This document shows, one piece after another, positions 36,048 to 46,044 of a DNA stretch of 64,000 bases. Each line of letters opens with the position of its first letter. Positions within the stretch are counted from its first letter, which is position 1. The DNA is from a plasmid: the sequence record NZ_CP096760.1. One strand, written 5' to 3'. Both the position numbers and the translations under genes were made by a program. The notes under the pieces were generated by a model. That model was not told where the DNA came from and made no database searches. It saw nothing but the letters and a program-made list of their open reading frames with translations.

Positions 36048-38420
36048 ATGAACGTAACCAAGCGAAATGGCGCGACAGAACCTTTTTCACCATCAAAAAT
36101 TGAAAAAGCAGTCAACTGGGCTGTAGATGGAACGTCGGTCGAATCGCAAGAAGTGATTGATAAGGCAATTTTACTAATTTATGACGGTATCAAAACCAGT
36201 GACATTCAACAGGCATTAATTAAAGGCGCTGCTAAGTTAGTGTCTGCAACCAAAGCTGATGCATCTTTGGTGTCTGCGCGTTTATTGCTGTTAGATTTAT
36301 ATAAAACCGTATGCGGTGTAAACGGCAAAGTCAGCGGTGGTGGCTTTCAGTATCCTCATATCAAAGATTATTTAGAAAAAGGCGTTTCTTTAAAACTGCT
36401 GGACCCTGAACTTTTAAACTATGACCTTGAGCGCATTAATGCCGCTATCAAGCCTGAGCGGGACTTATCATTCCACTACTTAGGGCTTGATACATTAGCC
36501 GACCGTTACTTTATTCGTGCCAATCGCGATATTCGCCTAGAGAAAGAAACAGGCAATATGTCGGGTAATATTATCGAATTGCCACAGCATTTCTGGATGC
36601 GTGTAGCAATGGGTGTTGCCTTAAAAGAAAAACCTGAAATCCGTACTTCTGTAGCGCTGGCTTATTATGAGCTTTATTCGAAATTAGAATACGTCTCCTC
36701 TACCCCAACCCTATTTAATGCTGGTACGTTACATCCTCAGTTATCAAGCTGTTACCTGAACCAAGTCTCAGACACCATTGCTGCTGATGAAGGTGATAAC
36801 CGCTTTGCTTCTATTTTTGGAGCAATTGAAGAAACGGCGTTACTTTCTAAGTTTGCGGGCGGTATTGGTACAGACTGGACGCCAGTACGCGGTGAAAATG
36901 AATTAATTTTTGGAACCAATGGTATTTCAAGTGGTGTAGTTCCATATATCAAGGTCCAGAACAATACCGCAGTTGCCGTAAACCAAGGCGGTAAACGTAA
37001 GGGTTCGGTTGCCCCATACTTAGAAGCTTGGCATCCAGACTTTATGGCGTTTTGTGAGCTTAAAAGAGAATCTGGTGACGACCGCCGCCGTGCTCATGAC
37101 GTATTCCCTGCCGCTTGGGTTCCTGATCTCTTGATCGAACGCAAAGAAGATCCAAATGCCATGTGGTCTTTCTTCTCGCCTAAACGCTTCCCTGAATTGC
37201 ATGAACTTTACGGCGAAGATTTCGTTAAACGCTATGAAGAACTAGAAGCCGCTGGTGAATATGATTTCCAACTTCCGGCTATTCAGGTATGGCGCCATTT
37301 GTTGACCAATTTATTTGAAACAGGTCATCCTTGGATCACTTACAAAGATGAATGTAACCGCCGTAATCCTCAACAACATGCAGGCGTTATTCATCACAGT
37401 AACTTGTGTACTGAAATTACGTTAAATACATCTAAAGACGAAACAGCGGTATGCAATTTAGGTTCTATTAACCTTTCACAAGTAATGTCAGCTCCAAATC
37501 CTTTAGAAAGATTACGTGAAGTTATCCGCTTGGCTATTCGTAATTTGGATTCTGTAATTGACGTGAATTACTACCCTAGCGACCGCGCATCCAACTCTAA
37601 CTTCAAACACCGCCCTATCGGCTTGGGTGTGATGGGTTATTACGAATGGCTGGTAAAACAAGGTGTGGATTTCGAAAGCGAAGAACACTTAAAGCAAGCT
37701 GACGCATTGTTTGAGGCAATTTCTTACTTTGCTATCGAGGCTTCAGCAGACTTGGCTCAAGAACGCGGTTCATATCCATCATTTGAAGGTTCTAACTGGT
37801 CTAAAGGTATCTTGCCAATCGATAACGCCAAATTGATGGAAGACGGCAAACCATTCTTTGATCAACCTCGTCGATTCGACTGGGAGGCTTTACGTGAAAA
37901 AGTCAAAAAAGGGATGCGTAACTCGAACGTTATGGCGATTGCGCCGACTGCAACGATTTCGAATATTGCAGGAACAACTCAATGCACAGAACCGCCGTTC
38001 TTGCTTGAATACTTCAAGTCTAACCTAGGTGGTACTTACCAAGTCGTCGATCCTGCAATTGCTCATGTCGGTGACAAATATCACTTGCTCAAAGAATCGT
38101 ATTATGTCGACCAACTCTACATCATTAAGGCAGCCGCAGTTCGTCAAAAGTGGATTGACCAGTCTCAATCAACTAACCTCTTTGCAAAACAAGGTACAAC
38201 TGGTCGTGATTTAGATTTGTGGTATACAACAGCTAAAAAACTTGGCTTGAAAACCACTTACTACTTACGCAATCAATCTGATGCAGAGAAGAGCGCTTCA
38301 ATGCGAACCAAAGTTATTGCGGAATTAGCTAACGCAGCTTTAGGCAAACTTTCAGAACCAACTGAAAGCGCACCAAAGATGTGTTCAATTCTCGATCCAG
38401 ATTGTGAAAGCTGCCAGTAA
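36048..38420 (+). CDS. nrdA: Ribonucleotide reductase class I large subunit
   Basis: N-terminal ATP-cone VTKRNGATEPFS; catalytic-core motifs; C-terminal CxxC. Confidence 0.9.
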   Translation: MNVTKRNGATEPFSPSKIEKAVNWAVDGTSVESQEVIDKAILLIYDGIKTSDIQQALIKGAAKLVSATKADASLVSARLLLLDLYKTVCGVNGKVSGGGFQYPHIKDYLEKGVSLKLLDPELLNYDLERINAAIKPERDLSFHYLGLDTLADRYFIRANRDIRLEKETGNMSGNIIELPQHFWMRVAMGVALKEKPEIRTSVALAYYELYSKLEYVSSTPTLFNAGTLHPQLSSCYLNQVSDTIAADEGDNRFASIFGAIEETALLSKFAGGIGTDWTPVRGENELIFGTNGISSGVVPYIKVQNNTAVAVNQGGKRKGSVAPYLEAWHPDFMAFCELKRESGDDRRRAHDVFPAAWVPDLLIERKEDPNAMWSFFSPKRFPELHELYGEDFVKRYEELEAAGEYDFQLPAIQVWRHLLTNLFETGHPWITYKDECNRRNPQQHAGVIHHSNLCTEITLNTSKDETAVCNLGSINLSQVMSAPNPLERLREVIRLAIRNLDSVIDVNYYPSDRASNSNFKHRPIGLGVMGYYEWLVKQGVDFESEEHLKQADALFEAISYFAIEASADLAQERGSYPSFEGSNWSKGILPIDNAKLMEDGKPFFDQPRRFDWEALREKVKKGMRNSNVMAIAPTATISNIAGTTQCTEPPFLLEYFKSNLGGTYQVVDPAIAHVGDKYHLLKESYYVDQLYIIKAAAVRQKWIDQSQSTNLFAKQGTTGRDLDLWYTTAKKLGLKTTYYLRNQSDAEKSASMRTKVIAELANAALGKLSEPTESAPKMCSILDPDCESCQ

Positions 38421-38443
38421 AACTTTTTTAATTTAGGCGCAAA

Positions 38444-38467
38444 TATTAGTAAGCGCTTACTATAATT
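38444..38467 (+). promoter_or_regulatory. Palindromic promoter-like element (consensus copy)
   Basis: ATATTAGTAAGCGCTTACTATAAT, followed by the stem-loop GGGATGAA-AAG-TTCATCCC. Confidence 0.5.
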
Positions 38468-38499
38468 ATAGGGATGAAAAGTTCATCCCTATTTTATTT

Positions 38500-39507
38500 G
38501 TGAGTATTAAAGAAATTATGACTTACGCAAATCGTATTAATGACCGACGTCTAATTTTAGGTCCCAAGGATGACCTAATGGCAATTAGCCCGATGAAGCA
38601 TACATGGGCAAAAGGCATTCTCGACCGCATGGAAAATAATACGTGGTTTCCGCATGTCGTAAATATGGCAGATGATGTTGCCAGTTATAACCGCTTAAAT
38701 GCCGCAGATCGTTTCATGTTTGATAAAGCATTAGCTTTCTTGTCAAACCTAGACGGCATTCAATTCAACAACATCAACCAGAATATTGCAAAACACGTAA
38801 CCTCTCCGGAAGTTTCCATGTGTTTGTCACGTCAAGCATGGGAAGAAGCGCTACACGTCAAATCATACGCCACGATCATTGAGACAGTCAGTCTTGATCC
38901 AATGAGCGTTTACATGACATTTGAACGTGATGGGTTATTGGCTCAAAAAAACCAGTTCATTCTCAAACAGTCGCGATTACTCGGTGAAAAATTCTCGGCT
39001 GAAGGTTTTGCCCTTTCATGTGTATCAAACGTCTTGCTTGAAGGTGTTTATTTCTTCTCAGGTTTCCTTTCGTTCTATCTGCTTGCCGATAAGGGTGAAA
39101 TGTTAGGTTCAGCCGACATGATTCGCTATATCCAACGTGATGAAGAAGGAACGCACCTAGATTTGTTCGCACATATGCTAGACACCCTTCGTCACGAAAA
39201 TAAAGACGTCTTTACCCAATCCTTCTGGAATAAAGCTCTTGAAGTGTTCCTGACTTCATCAGAAATGGAAATCAGTTGGGGGAAATACATTACTAAAGGC
39301 GTAACGAATCCTAAAGCTATTGAGGATTACATCAAGCATCTTGCAAACCTCCGTGCTGAACAAATTCAAGCGCCGTTTGTGCCATATCCAGGCGTAAAAA
39401 ATCCATTCCCTTGGGTTGAGCAGTTCTCTAAACCTAATACGTCAGAAAAGAACTTCTTCGAAACCCGCGTCACTGACTACAAAGTTGGCGGTGCTTTGGT
39501 TTGGTAA
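38500..39507 (+). CDS. nrdB: Ribonucleotide reductase class I small subunit
   Basis: Di-iron ligand motifs (EEALH, EEGTH). Start is GTG 38500 or ATG 38518. Confidence 0.85.
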   Translation: MSIKEIMTYANRINDRRLILGPKDDLMAISPMKHTWAKGILDRMENNTWFPHVVNMADDVASYNRLNAADRFMFDKALAFLSNLDGIQFNNINQNIAKHVTSPEVSMCLSRQAWEEALHVKSYATIIETVSLDPMSVYMTFERDGLLAQKNQFILKQSRLLGEKFSAEGFALSCVSNVLLEGVYFFSGFLSFYLLADKGEMLGSADMIRYIQRDEEGTHLDLFAHMLDTLRHENKDVFTQSFWNKALEVFLTSSEMEISWGKYITKGVTNPKAIEDYIKHLANLRAEQIQAPFVPYPGVKNPFPWVEQFSKPNTSEKNFFETRVTDYKVGGALVW

Positions 39508-39519
39508 GGAGGAACTAAA

Positions 39520-40431
39520 TTGCAAATTACTAATTTCGACCTCGTACACCTCATTGATAAAGCAATTGAGGAAGGTCAAATCAAAGTAAAAATCTTGGCA
39601 GACAGCATCAATGAATACGGCGATCGCCTTGTCACCTTTGAGCTTATGTATTGGTTACCAATACATGCCGAAATGATGACTCATCGTGTATTCAGCCGTA
39701 ATGCCGCATCTAACCGCGCCATTCCTATTTCAAAGATCATTCAGCAAGTCTGGAACAATCCGGCATATCCAATCTTTTGGGGCAAAAACAAGGCTGGCAT
39801 GCAAGCGAATGAACAGTTTTCAAAACGCAAGATTCGCTTGTGCCGATTTGCATGGAAATGGTCAGGTCGCCTGATGTGCGGTGTTGTATGGTCCTTAATG
39901 AAATTAGGACTGCACAAGCAAACGGCCAACCGCTTATTGATGCCTTGGCAATTTATGCATGTGGTTCTTAGCTCTACGGAAATGGATAACTTTTTCGATC
40001 TCCGTATCCATGAGGACGCACAGTTCGAAATCTTCGCTGTTGCTTATCTCATTGAAAAAGCAATGCGTACTTCAACACCTAAAAAGCTCAAATTTGGTGA
40101 ATGGCACTTGCCATATATCACAGACGAGGAACGGAAGCAGCACAAAATCGAGGTATTAAAAAAGGTATCTGGTGCCCGTTGTTGCCGCGTCTCTTTCATG
40201 AACCATTACGGCAATAAATCAAATGTTGGTGAAGATTTAAAACTTTGCGAACGCTTGGTCGGAGCTGAACCTTTGCATGCTTCACCTTTTGAGCACCAAG
40301 CAACACCTGACAGCTTTGATCACCGCACGGAAAAGTATGCCAACCCAACAATGCACGGAAATCTAAAAGGCTGGTTACAACATCGCAAATTCATTGAAGC
40401 AGAAATCTTCTTATCGAAAAACAAGGAGTAA
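39520..40431 (+). CDS. thyX: Flavin-dependent thymidylate synthase
   Basis: ThyX-like THRVFSRNAASNRA; TTG start with a strong AAGGAGG RBS. Confidence 0.7.
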   Translation: MQITNFDLVHLIDKAIEEGQIKVKILADSINEYGDRLVTFELMYWLPIHAEMMTHRVFSRNAASNRAIPISKIIQQVWNNPAYPIFWGKNKAGMQANEQFSKRKIRLCRFAWKWSGRLMCGVVWSLMKLGLHKQTANRLLMPWQFMHVVLSSTEMDNFFDLRIHEDAQFEIFAVAYLIEKAMRTSTPKKLKFGEWHLPYITDEERKQHKIEVLKKVSGARCCRVSFMNHYGNKSNVGEDLKLCERLVGAEPLHASPFEHQATPDSFDHRTEKYANPTMHGNLKGWLQHRKFIEAEIFLSKNKE

Positions 40432-40434
40432 GTC

Positions 40435-40719
40435 ATGAATATTTTTGGAATCGGACAAAGTAAAGCTACCGAACATCTTGAAGAAAAAGTTGGCATGGGC
40501 CAAGTCAAGCCTAAAACAGTTCGCCATATCACGGCTGATCTTGAGCAAAAGCTGAGTGAGCTTTTCGATTTAGAAGAGCGCCTGTTAGAGGACAACGATG
40601 TTCAAAATGAATTAATTCGATCCGCTACAACTCGCATTGAAGATAACAATGTCGAAATTGCGCGCGCTATCAAAACACGAAAAGCATTAACGGAAGTCTT
40701 TCAGGAGATGAACGGGTAA
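40435..40719 (+). CDS. hypothetical protein
   Basis: 94-aa ORF. Confidence 0.45.
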   Translation: MNIFGIGQSKATEHLEEKVGMGQVKPKTVRHITADLEQKLSELFDLEERLLEDNDVQNELIRSATTRIEDNNVEIARAIKTRKALTEVFQEMNG

Positions 40720-40946
40720 TGAGTAAAACGAAGGTAAATCCTAAGTGGTTCAGACATGAGGCATTACATACATCTTATGTCCTTTTAAGCATGGTGAATG
40801 ACCACCTGACTAGGCATCAGTATTACCTAGAGCGCATCAATCCTGAATTTAATCGCCACATTGATGCCGCAATTGAGCATTTGACCGCAGCTTATCAAGC
40901 CGCAGGTAATGAAGGCCTTGAGGTCAAAAAGAAAATAAAAGTCTAA
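40719..40946 (+). CDS. hypothetical protein
   Basis: 75-aa ORF. Confidence 0.45.
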   Translation: MSKTKVNPKWFRHEALHTSYVLLSMVNDHLTRHQYYLERINPEFNRHIDAAIEHLTAAYQAAGNEGLEVKKKIKV

Positions 40947-40976
40947 ACCGTCTATGTCATTAACAGGAGATAGCAC

Positions 40977-41234
40977 ATGACTATGACTAACGAACAGATC
41001 GAAATGGAAATTAACAACCTTAAGAGCCAATTGACTCAAAAGGCTGATGTTGCTTCCGTTAATACTCTTGCTAATCGCGTTACAAATGTTGAAAACACTA
41101 ACGCTAGTCAAAGCACCTCAATTTCAACTTTGACAAGCCGCATGAATAATGCAGAAGGAGTGAATGTCACTCAAGGCAATTCAATCAATAGCTTGAATTC
41201 GCGTGTAACTAACTTGGAGAACAAAGTTGGCTGA
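40977..41234 (+). CDS. small protein with three tandem repeats of about 19 aa (coiled-coil-like)
   Basis: VNTLANRVTNVEN / ISTLTSRMNNAEG / INSLNSRVTNLEN. Confidence 0.5.
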   Translation: MTMTNEQIEMEINNLKSQLTQKADVASVNTLANRVTNVENTNASQSTSISTLTSRMNNAEGVNVTQGNSINSLNSRVTNLENKVG

Positions 41235-41592
41235 TCAAATCATTTTTAGCGAAATGGTCACGGCTTTGGTGAAAAAAGGTCAGGACATCCTGAATGATAT
41301 GACACCAGAGCAAGCCGATTTACTTCACATGGGTGTCGGTGTTTCAGGTGAATCTGGTGAACTTCTTGACGCAATCAAGAAACATGCAATTTACGGCAAA
41401 CCGCTAGATCGTGAAAACGTGATTGAAGAACTTGGTGATTTAGAGTTCTACATGGAACGTATTCGCCAAATCATCGGGGTAAGCCGTGAGGAAACGATTG
41501 CGGCGAATATGGCAAAATTGGGTAAGCGCTATAGCAAAGGCACTTATTCAAATGAGCAAGCCCAAGCTCGTGCGGATAAGGTGGAAGCATGA
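41227..41592 (+). CDS. mazG: MazG-like nucleotide pyrophosphohydrolase
   Basis: EELGDLEFYMERIRQ motif. Confidence 0.7.
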   Translation: MADQIIFSEMVTALVKKGQDILNDMTPEQADLLHMGVGVSGESGELLDAIKKHAIYGKPLDRENVIEELGDLEFYMERIRQIIGVSREETIAANMAKLGKRYSKGTYSNEQAQARADKVEA

Positions 41593-42260
41593 TTTTTGCA
41601 TTATGTGGCAGTCATAGAACCGGCAAGACTACTTTGGCTCAAGAATTTGCCAGAGTTTCAGGGGCAAAATTTATCCCTATGTCGATTACTAGATTGCAAA
41701 AGGAAATTGGCTTTAATTCAGCTAATCAGAGCTATAGCTTTGATGAGCGAATGAAAGTTCAGGAACACCTCATTGAGCGCCTGAATGACATTTATGAAGC
41801 CAATTACCACATCGATGCAGTAGCGGATCGCTCCCCTATTGATCTTATGGCATATGCGTTGATACATGCTGGACCTGATATTACTGAGGAACAGTCTAAG
41901 CGTCTTATGCGCTATATCGACCGCTGTGCGCAGGTAGCACGAGATCACTGTATCGGCATCTTGCTGGTTCAGCCGGGCATCGAACTTAAAGAGGATGAAA
42001 AATCTGCACCCGCCGCTTTAGGGTTTATTGAACATCTAAATTCGCTTATTTTGGGTCTGATTAATGATGAACGAGTAAACGAAGTACCGATGTTTTATAT
42101 CCCAAGAAATGTGACCAATTTAAAACGTCGAGTTGCCGTATGTTCAGACGCATTGGCCCGTTCAATGTTACGAAATATGGATAATGATCGTGTCTTTAAC
42201 TGGAACAGTTCGGAAAGTGGTTTTAATGCATACTTCACCCCTTCAAGTCTCCCGCAATAA
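41589..42260 (+). CDS. P-loop nucleotide/nucleoside kinase-like protein
   Basis: Walker A CGSHRTGKTTLAQ. Confidence 0.55.
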   Translation: MIFALCGSHRTGKTTLAQEFARVSGAKFIPMSITRLQKEIGFNSANQSYSFDERMKVQEHLIERLNDIYEANYHIDAVADRSPIDLMAYALIHAGPDITEEQSKRLMRYIDRCAQVARDHCIGILLVQPGIELKEDEKSAPAALGFIEHLNSLILGLINDERVNEVPMFYIPRNVTNLKRRVAVCSDALARSMLRNMDNDRVFNWNSSESGFNAYFTPSSLPQ

Positions 42261-42276
42261 TTTTTATTTGGGGCTA

Positions 42277-42316
42277 TATTATTAGTAAGCACTTACTTTA
42301 TTATTGTGCTTATAAT
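42277..42316 (+). promoter_or_regulatory. Palindromic promoter-like element, two partial copies
   Basis: TATTATTAGTAAGCACTTACTTTATTATTGTGCTTATAAT. Confidence 0.4.
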
Positions 42317-42340
42317 TAATTGAGTTGCCCTACTCAGAGA

Positions 42341-42366
42341 GAGCCACCTTCGGGTGGCTTTCATTT
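42341..42366 (+). terminator. Intrinsic terminator with UUCG tetraloop
   Basis: AGCCACC-TTCG-GGTGGCT then TTCATTT. Confidence 0.6.
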
Positions 42367-42794
42367 ACTGGATAAATTTCACGAACAGTTTTGTTCCAAA
42401 AGAAAATCATTACTATCTATTTGTAAGTAAAGTTTAAATGAGTTTTTTCTCATGATGAAAGCTTTTGGTTCTGCAATGATTTCTAGTGAAGAAGGCGGAA
42501 TTATTGAGCAAGCTATCAAATGGTTCAAAGAATCAGTTGATGATTTAGAAAATATTATTGGAACGAAAGATTTTGTATTAACAGCTAAAGAGGGATAATG
42601 CGATGAATAGTTGTTTTATTTTTCCATTAAAAATTCATTGGCTAATGCTATTCGATAAATTCCTGACAGGAGCAATGTTAGGACTTGGTTTTATCGTTGC
42701 AATTTGGACAGTAATTAAACTCACTCAAAAACCAAAGAAAGAGCGAAAACCGCATCGTATTTAGACCGCATTAAATGAATTTTTAAGAATCAAG

Positions 42795-42819
42795 ATTATT
42801 AGTAATAGCTTACTATAAT
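42795..42819 (+). promoter_or_regulatory. Palindromic promoter-like element
   Basis: ATTATTAGTAATAGCTTACTATAAT, then the inverted repeat TTTCAGG...CCTGAAA. Confidence 0.45.
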
Positions 42820-42922
42820 ATATTTCAGGAATATAAATATATATCCCTGAAATATCCTTATTTATCAATGCTATATTTCAAAACGAAAGTTAAATAACTG
42901 CTTATATTTCGGAGTGTTAGCT

Positions 42923-43462
42923 ATGATTCCATATATTCTTGGAGTCGATACTGAAACGACAGGGCTAGAAGTAGATAATGGCGACAAGATTATTGAAATC
43001 GCTCTCATTAAATATGACTTGGACGGCGCAAAGCTAGAGGAATTCGTACAGCGAATTGATCCTGAACGAAACATTGATCCAAAAGCTCAAGCGGTGCATG
43101 GCATTTCCTATTCAGACCTTATCGGTTGTCCAAAATTTGTAGATATAGCAGAAGAAGTTGCCTCAATCGTAAATCACGCCTCTTTGTTAGTGGCTCATAA
43201 CTTTGCATTTGATGGCCCTTTTATCGCAACTGAACTGAAACGTGCAGGCATGACGCCTAAGAAAGTTTCTTCTTTCTGCACGATGGAATATGGCCGTTGG
43301 GCAACGTTTGATGGCAAATACCCAAAGTTAGCAGATTTGTGTTTTTCGTTAGGCGTTGAATATGACGCATTAGCAGCACACGCTGCATCGTATGACGTAG
43401 ACGTGATGATGCAGTGCTTCTTTAAGGCAAGAGAGCGAGGTTTCTTTCAGGTGGAAGTATGA
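42923..43462 (+). CDS. dnaQ: DnaQ-like 3'-5' exonuclease (DEDD family)
   Basis: ILGVDTETTGL (Exo I), HNFAFDGPF (Exo II), YDVDVM (Exo III). Start moved to ATG 42923, which has a GGAG RBS. Confidence 0.8.
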   Translation: MIPYILGVDTETTGLEVDNGDKIIEIALIKYDLDGAKLEEFVQRIDPERNIDPKAQAVHGISYSDLIGCPKFVDIAEEVASIVNHASLLVAHNFAFDGPFIATELKRAGMTPKKVSSFCTMEYGRWATFDGKYPKLADLCFSLGVEYDALAAHAASYDVDVMMQCFFKARERGFFQVEV

Positions 43463-43701
43463 AAGAAAAACTACCTAGATTCATCTATACGGACTTAGGA
43501 AAGGAGAAGTTATGCATCGAATGCAAATCTTACTTCCCCTTGGATGAAGAGTTCTTTTACTGGCAGTGGCACACCAACAAAAACGGTAGATCAAAACGAT
43601 TCACCGCCACATGTAAGGGCTGTTACGACATCAGATATAGACCTTGGCGTCTCGCAAAACGCAAAAAAGCTATTAAATCAAGCTATGAGGAAAGACTATG
43701 A
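43459..43701 (+). CDS. hypothetical zinc-ribbon protein
   Basis: CIECKS...CKGCYD. Confidence 0.45.
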   Translation: MKEKLPRFIYTDLGKEKLCIECKSYFPLDEEFFYWQWHTNKNGRSKRFTATCKGCYDIRYRPWRLAKRKKAIKSSYEERL

Positions 43702-44018
43702 ATCGAAAGCAACGTAAACGTAAATTACAGCGAGCAAAGGCTCATCAGGCACAGTCAAAAGGACACCTTGAAAAGGCTCCATTAAGTCTAAAAGATTGCC
43801 AACAAATCATTAAAGAAATGAATACCAAATATGGCTCTAATTCTCAAACCCTTCCTAAAGAGTTTGGAAATGAACGCATTGCTAAGGCTGCTAATTCAGC
43901 AGGTCACTTAGGAAATCGCCTCCCTCTCACTAGGAGACTTACTTGGTATTACGCAGCTTATTTAAGACTTTTAACTTTCTGGAGACTTATTTGTGGCCGT
44001 TCTACATCAGTTAAATAA
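43698..44018 (+). CDS. hypothetical basic protein
   Basis: 106-aa ORF. Confidence 0.45.
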   Translation: MNRKQRKRKLQRAKAHQAQSKGHLEKAPLSLKDCQQIIKEMNTKYGSNSQTLPKEFGNERIAKAANSAGHLGNRLPLTRRLTWYYAAYLRLLTFWRLICGRSTSVK

Positions 44019-44472
44019 TCATCTTTGCTCATTGCGAAGATGGCAGGATATTTTAAAAGGGCTTCTGCTACTTGGATTAGCAGCAGCAGCTTTAGCTTCT
44101 GCATATTCATTCTACAAAGCCTTCTTCGAGTTAAAAGATTACCTCCTCTCTATACTCTATTTTTTTATAGGGTTTGCCAATTTTTGCTATTTCCTGAAAT
44201 ACAGGAAATATAAAGTGAAGATTACATATCGTTTTAATGTTTATTGCGAAGACATGGAAGAATATTTTGAATGTTCTTTTATTGGCGAAAACTTCGAAAA
44301 GTCACTGATAATGGCTTATGAAAAGGAATTGGAGGGAGTGAAGTATTCCTCCTTTGACAATGTGGTCTTAAACATTCTCGTTCAAAAAAATGAAATTCCC
44401 TATAAAGGTGGAGCTGATGCAGTTTTTGTAAGGCGCAAGCTGAATGGTCTAAAACTGTTTAAGATGGATTAA
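43993..44472 (+). CDS. hypothetical membrane protein
   Basis: Two N-terminal hydrophobic segments. Confidence 0.5.
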   Translation: MAVLHQLNNHLCSLRRWQDILKGLLLLGLAAAALASAYSFYKAFFELKDYLLSILYFFIGFANFCYFLKYRKYKVKITYRFNVYCEDMEEYFECSFIGENFEKSLIMAYEKELEGVKYSSFDNVVLNILVQKNEIPYKGGADAVFVRRKLNGLKLFKMD

Positions 44473-44525
44473 AAGGCGTTCAATTGAACGCCTTTATTAA
44501 TGCCCTGATCATACAGGGCTTTTTA
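44473..44525 (+). terminator. Tandem intrinsic terminators
   Basis: AAGGCGTTCAATTGAACGCCTTT and GCCCTGATCATACAGGGCTTTTT. Confidence 0.6.
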
Positions 44526-44752
44526 TGATTATGATTGAAGAAACAAAACGAGCTTTGTATTACCAACCAACGTACTTAAGAAAGCTTAAATCAAAAAGAG
44601 GACATTTCTTATGCTTAAATCTAAAGTAATAAGTTGGCAGCCTTAATTTATCAGTTCTTCGGGTAAGTCATGCCGCCTTTGCTTTTTCCAATCAACTTAA
44701 CAATTAGCTGACTAAAATAACTTAACGTTTTGCTAATTAAGAAATGAATTGA

Positions 44753-45535
44753 TTGGATATGAAAATTTTATTGATGAATGACTCAAGTGTGACAACCGTT
44801 AGAAAAACACATGAGGCTTTAAAAGGTAGAAAACTCATTGCAAGTGGCATGTTTTCAGGTGTCTTTGAAAGCGGAAATCCCAATACCGTTCTTAAATTGA
44901 CTGTCTGTCCAGCCACTTATTACATGCTTAACGACGAAGCAATTAAGATTGATGACATTCACTCACCTAAATTAATCAAAAACTATGGCCAAGTTGGTGA
45001 ATACCTGGTTGGCAAGAATGTGAAAGAAACAAACCTCACAAAACCAAATAAAAAATTAGTTCCATTATTTCTGTTTGAAGTAGAGCGCCTTGAGAAGATT
45101 TCAAAAGGTCCTAATCGCAGCCTTGCCTTAAACCTTACATATGAATTGCGCCGCCGTCTTGCAGGGTTAGAGCACGGTATAAGTGTTCGAGGTGCCACAG
45201 CTAAAATTCTCATTGAAATGGCAAATCAGCTTCCTCAACTGAAGGACGTTCCTACCCTTCTACCTTACTTCGAAAAACTAAATAATTTCGTAGGCAGTTA
45301 CGGTGATGCGTTTTATGACATCCATGCGGCAAATCTAATGCAACGTAGTGATGGAACCATTGTTTTTTCAGATCCAGTTGGCTCAATTGATATTTACACT
45401 TCCGGGCATGGCGAATTTAAACCGATCGTTAGCCTTTCGGACGTGAAGTGGACCGACGTCAAAGACCGACACCGTAAAGAGTTCCAAGCGCTTATTAATA
45501 AAATCAAACCCAATCAGAAAGCATTGAATGCCTAA
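44753..45535 (+). CDS. hypothetical protein with protein-kinase/APH-like motifs
   Basis: Gly-rich GMFSGVFESG then VLKL; catalytic-loop-like DIHAANLM; SDP in the DFG position. Confidence 0.4.
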   Translation: MDMKILLMNDSSVTTVRKTHEALKGRKLIASGMFSGVFESGNPNTVLKLTVCPATYYMLNDEAIKIDDIHSPKLIKNYGQVGEYLVGKNVKETNLTKPNKKLVPLFLFEVERLEKISKGPNRSLALNLTYELRRRLAGLEHGISVRGATAKILIEMANQLPQLKDVPTLLPYFEKLNNFVGSYGDAFYDIHAANLMQRSDGTIVFSDPVGSIDIYTSGHGEFKPIVSLSDVKWTDVKDRHRKEFQALINKIKPNQKALNA

Positions 45536-45546
45536 TTTTGATTGCA

Positions 45547-45573
45547 ATAATAAGTAAGCACTTATTTATAATT
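45547..45573 (+). promoter_or_regulatory. Palindromic promoter-like element
   Basis: AATAATAAGTAAGCACTTATTTATAAT. Confidence 0.4.
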
Positions 45574-45588
45574 AATGGGTATTACGTT

Positions 45589-46032
45589 ATGATTATTGCT
45601 GAAAGTATTTTTAGCCGTATTGGCAATCTGCGCAAAGTTATGTCAGACCATCAAATCGCCTGCCTTCTATCAGGAACCAAAGGTGTTGAGAGTGAGCATT
45701 ACAAAGACTTGATTATCAAAGTCGATGACATCGTAGCCAAATGCCCTCTTACCTATCAAACAGACGGCCAAGGCGACAACGCAATATGCCAAATGCATTA
45801 CTTCAAGGGAGATAGCGACGTTTACATCGTTGAATTAGACGTTGCTGGTCCACCTCATACTCAAGCATATGGAGTAATCAGACTTAATGGCGGTTATCCG
45901 GAGCTTGGATATATCGATTTAGATGAATTGATCAAATATGGGTTTGAGCTTGATTTGTATTACGCCCAACAGACAGTTGGCGAAGTTATGAGAAAACTTA
46001 CCTATGAGCAAACACGACGATACCGTAAATGA
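45589..46032 (+). CDS. hypothetical protein
   Basis: Start moved to ATG 45589 so the promoter element stays outside the ORF. Confidence 0.5.
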   Translation: MIIAESIFSRIGNLRKVMSDHQIACLLSGTKGVESEHYKDLIIKVDDIVAKCPLTYQTDGQGDNAICQMHYFKGDSDVYIVELDVAGPPHTQAYGVIRLNGGYPELGYIDLDELIKYGFELDLYYAQQTVGEVMRKLTYEQTRRYRK

Positions 46033-46044
46033 AGGAGAAAAATA

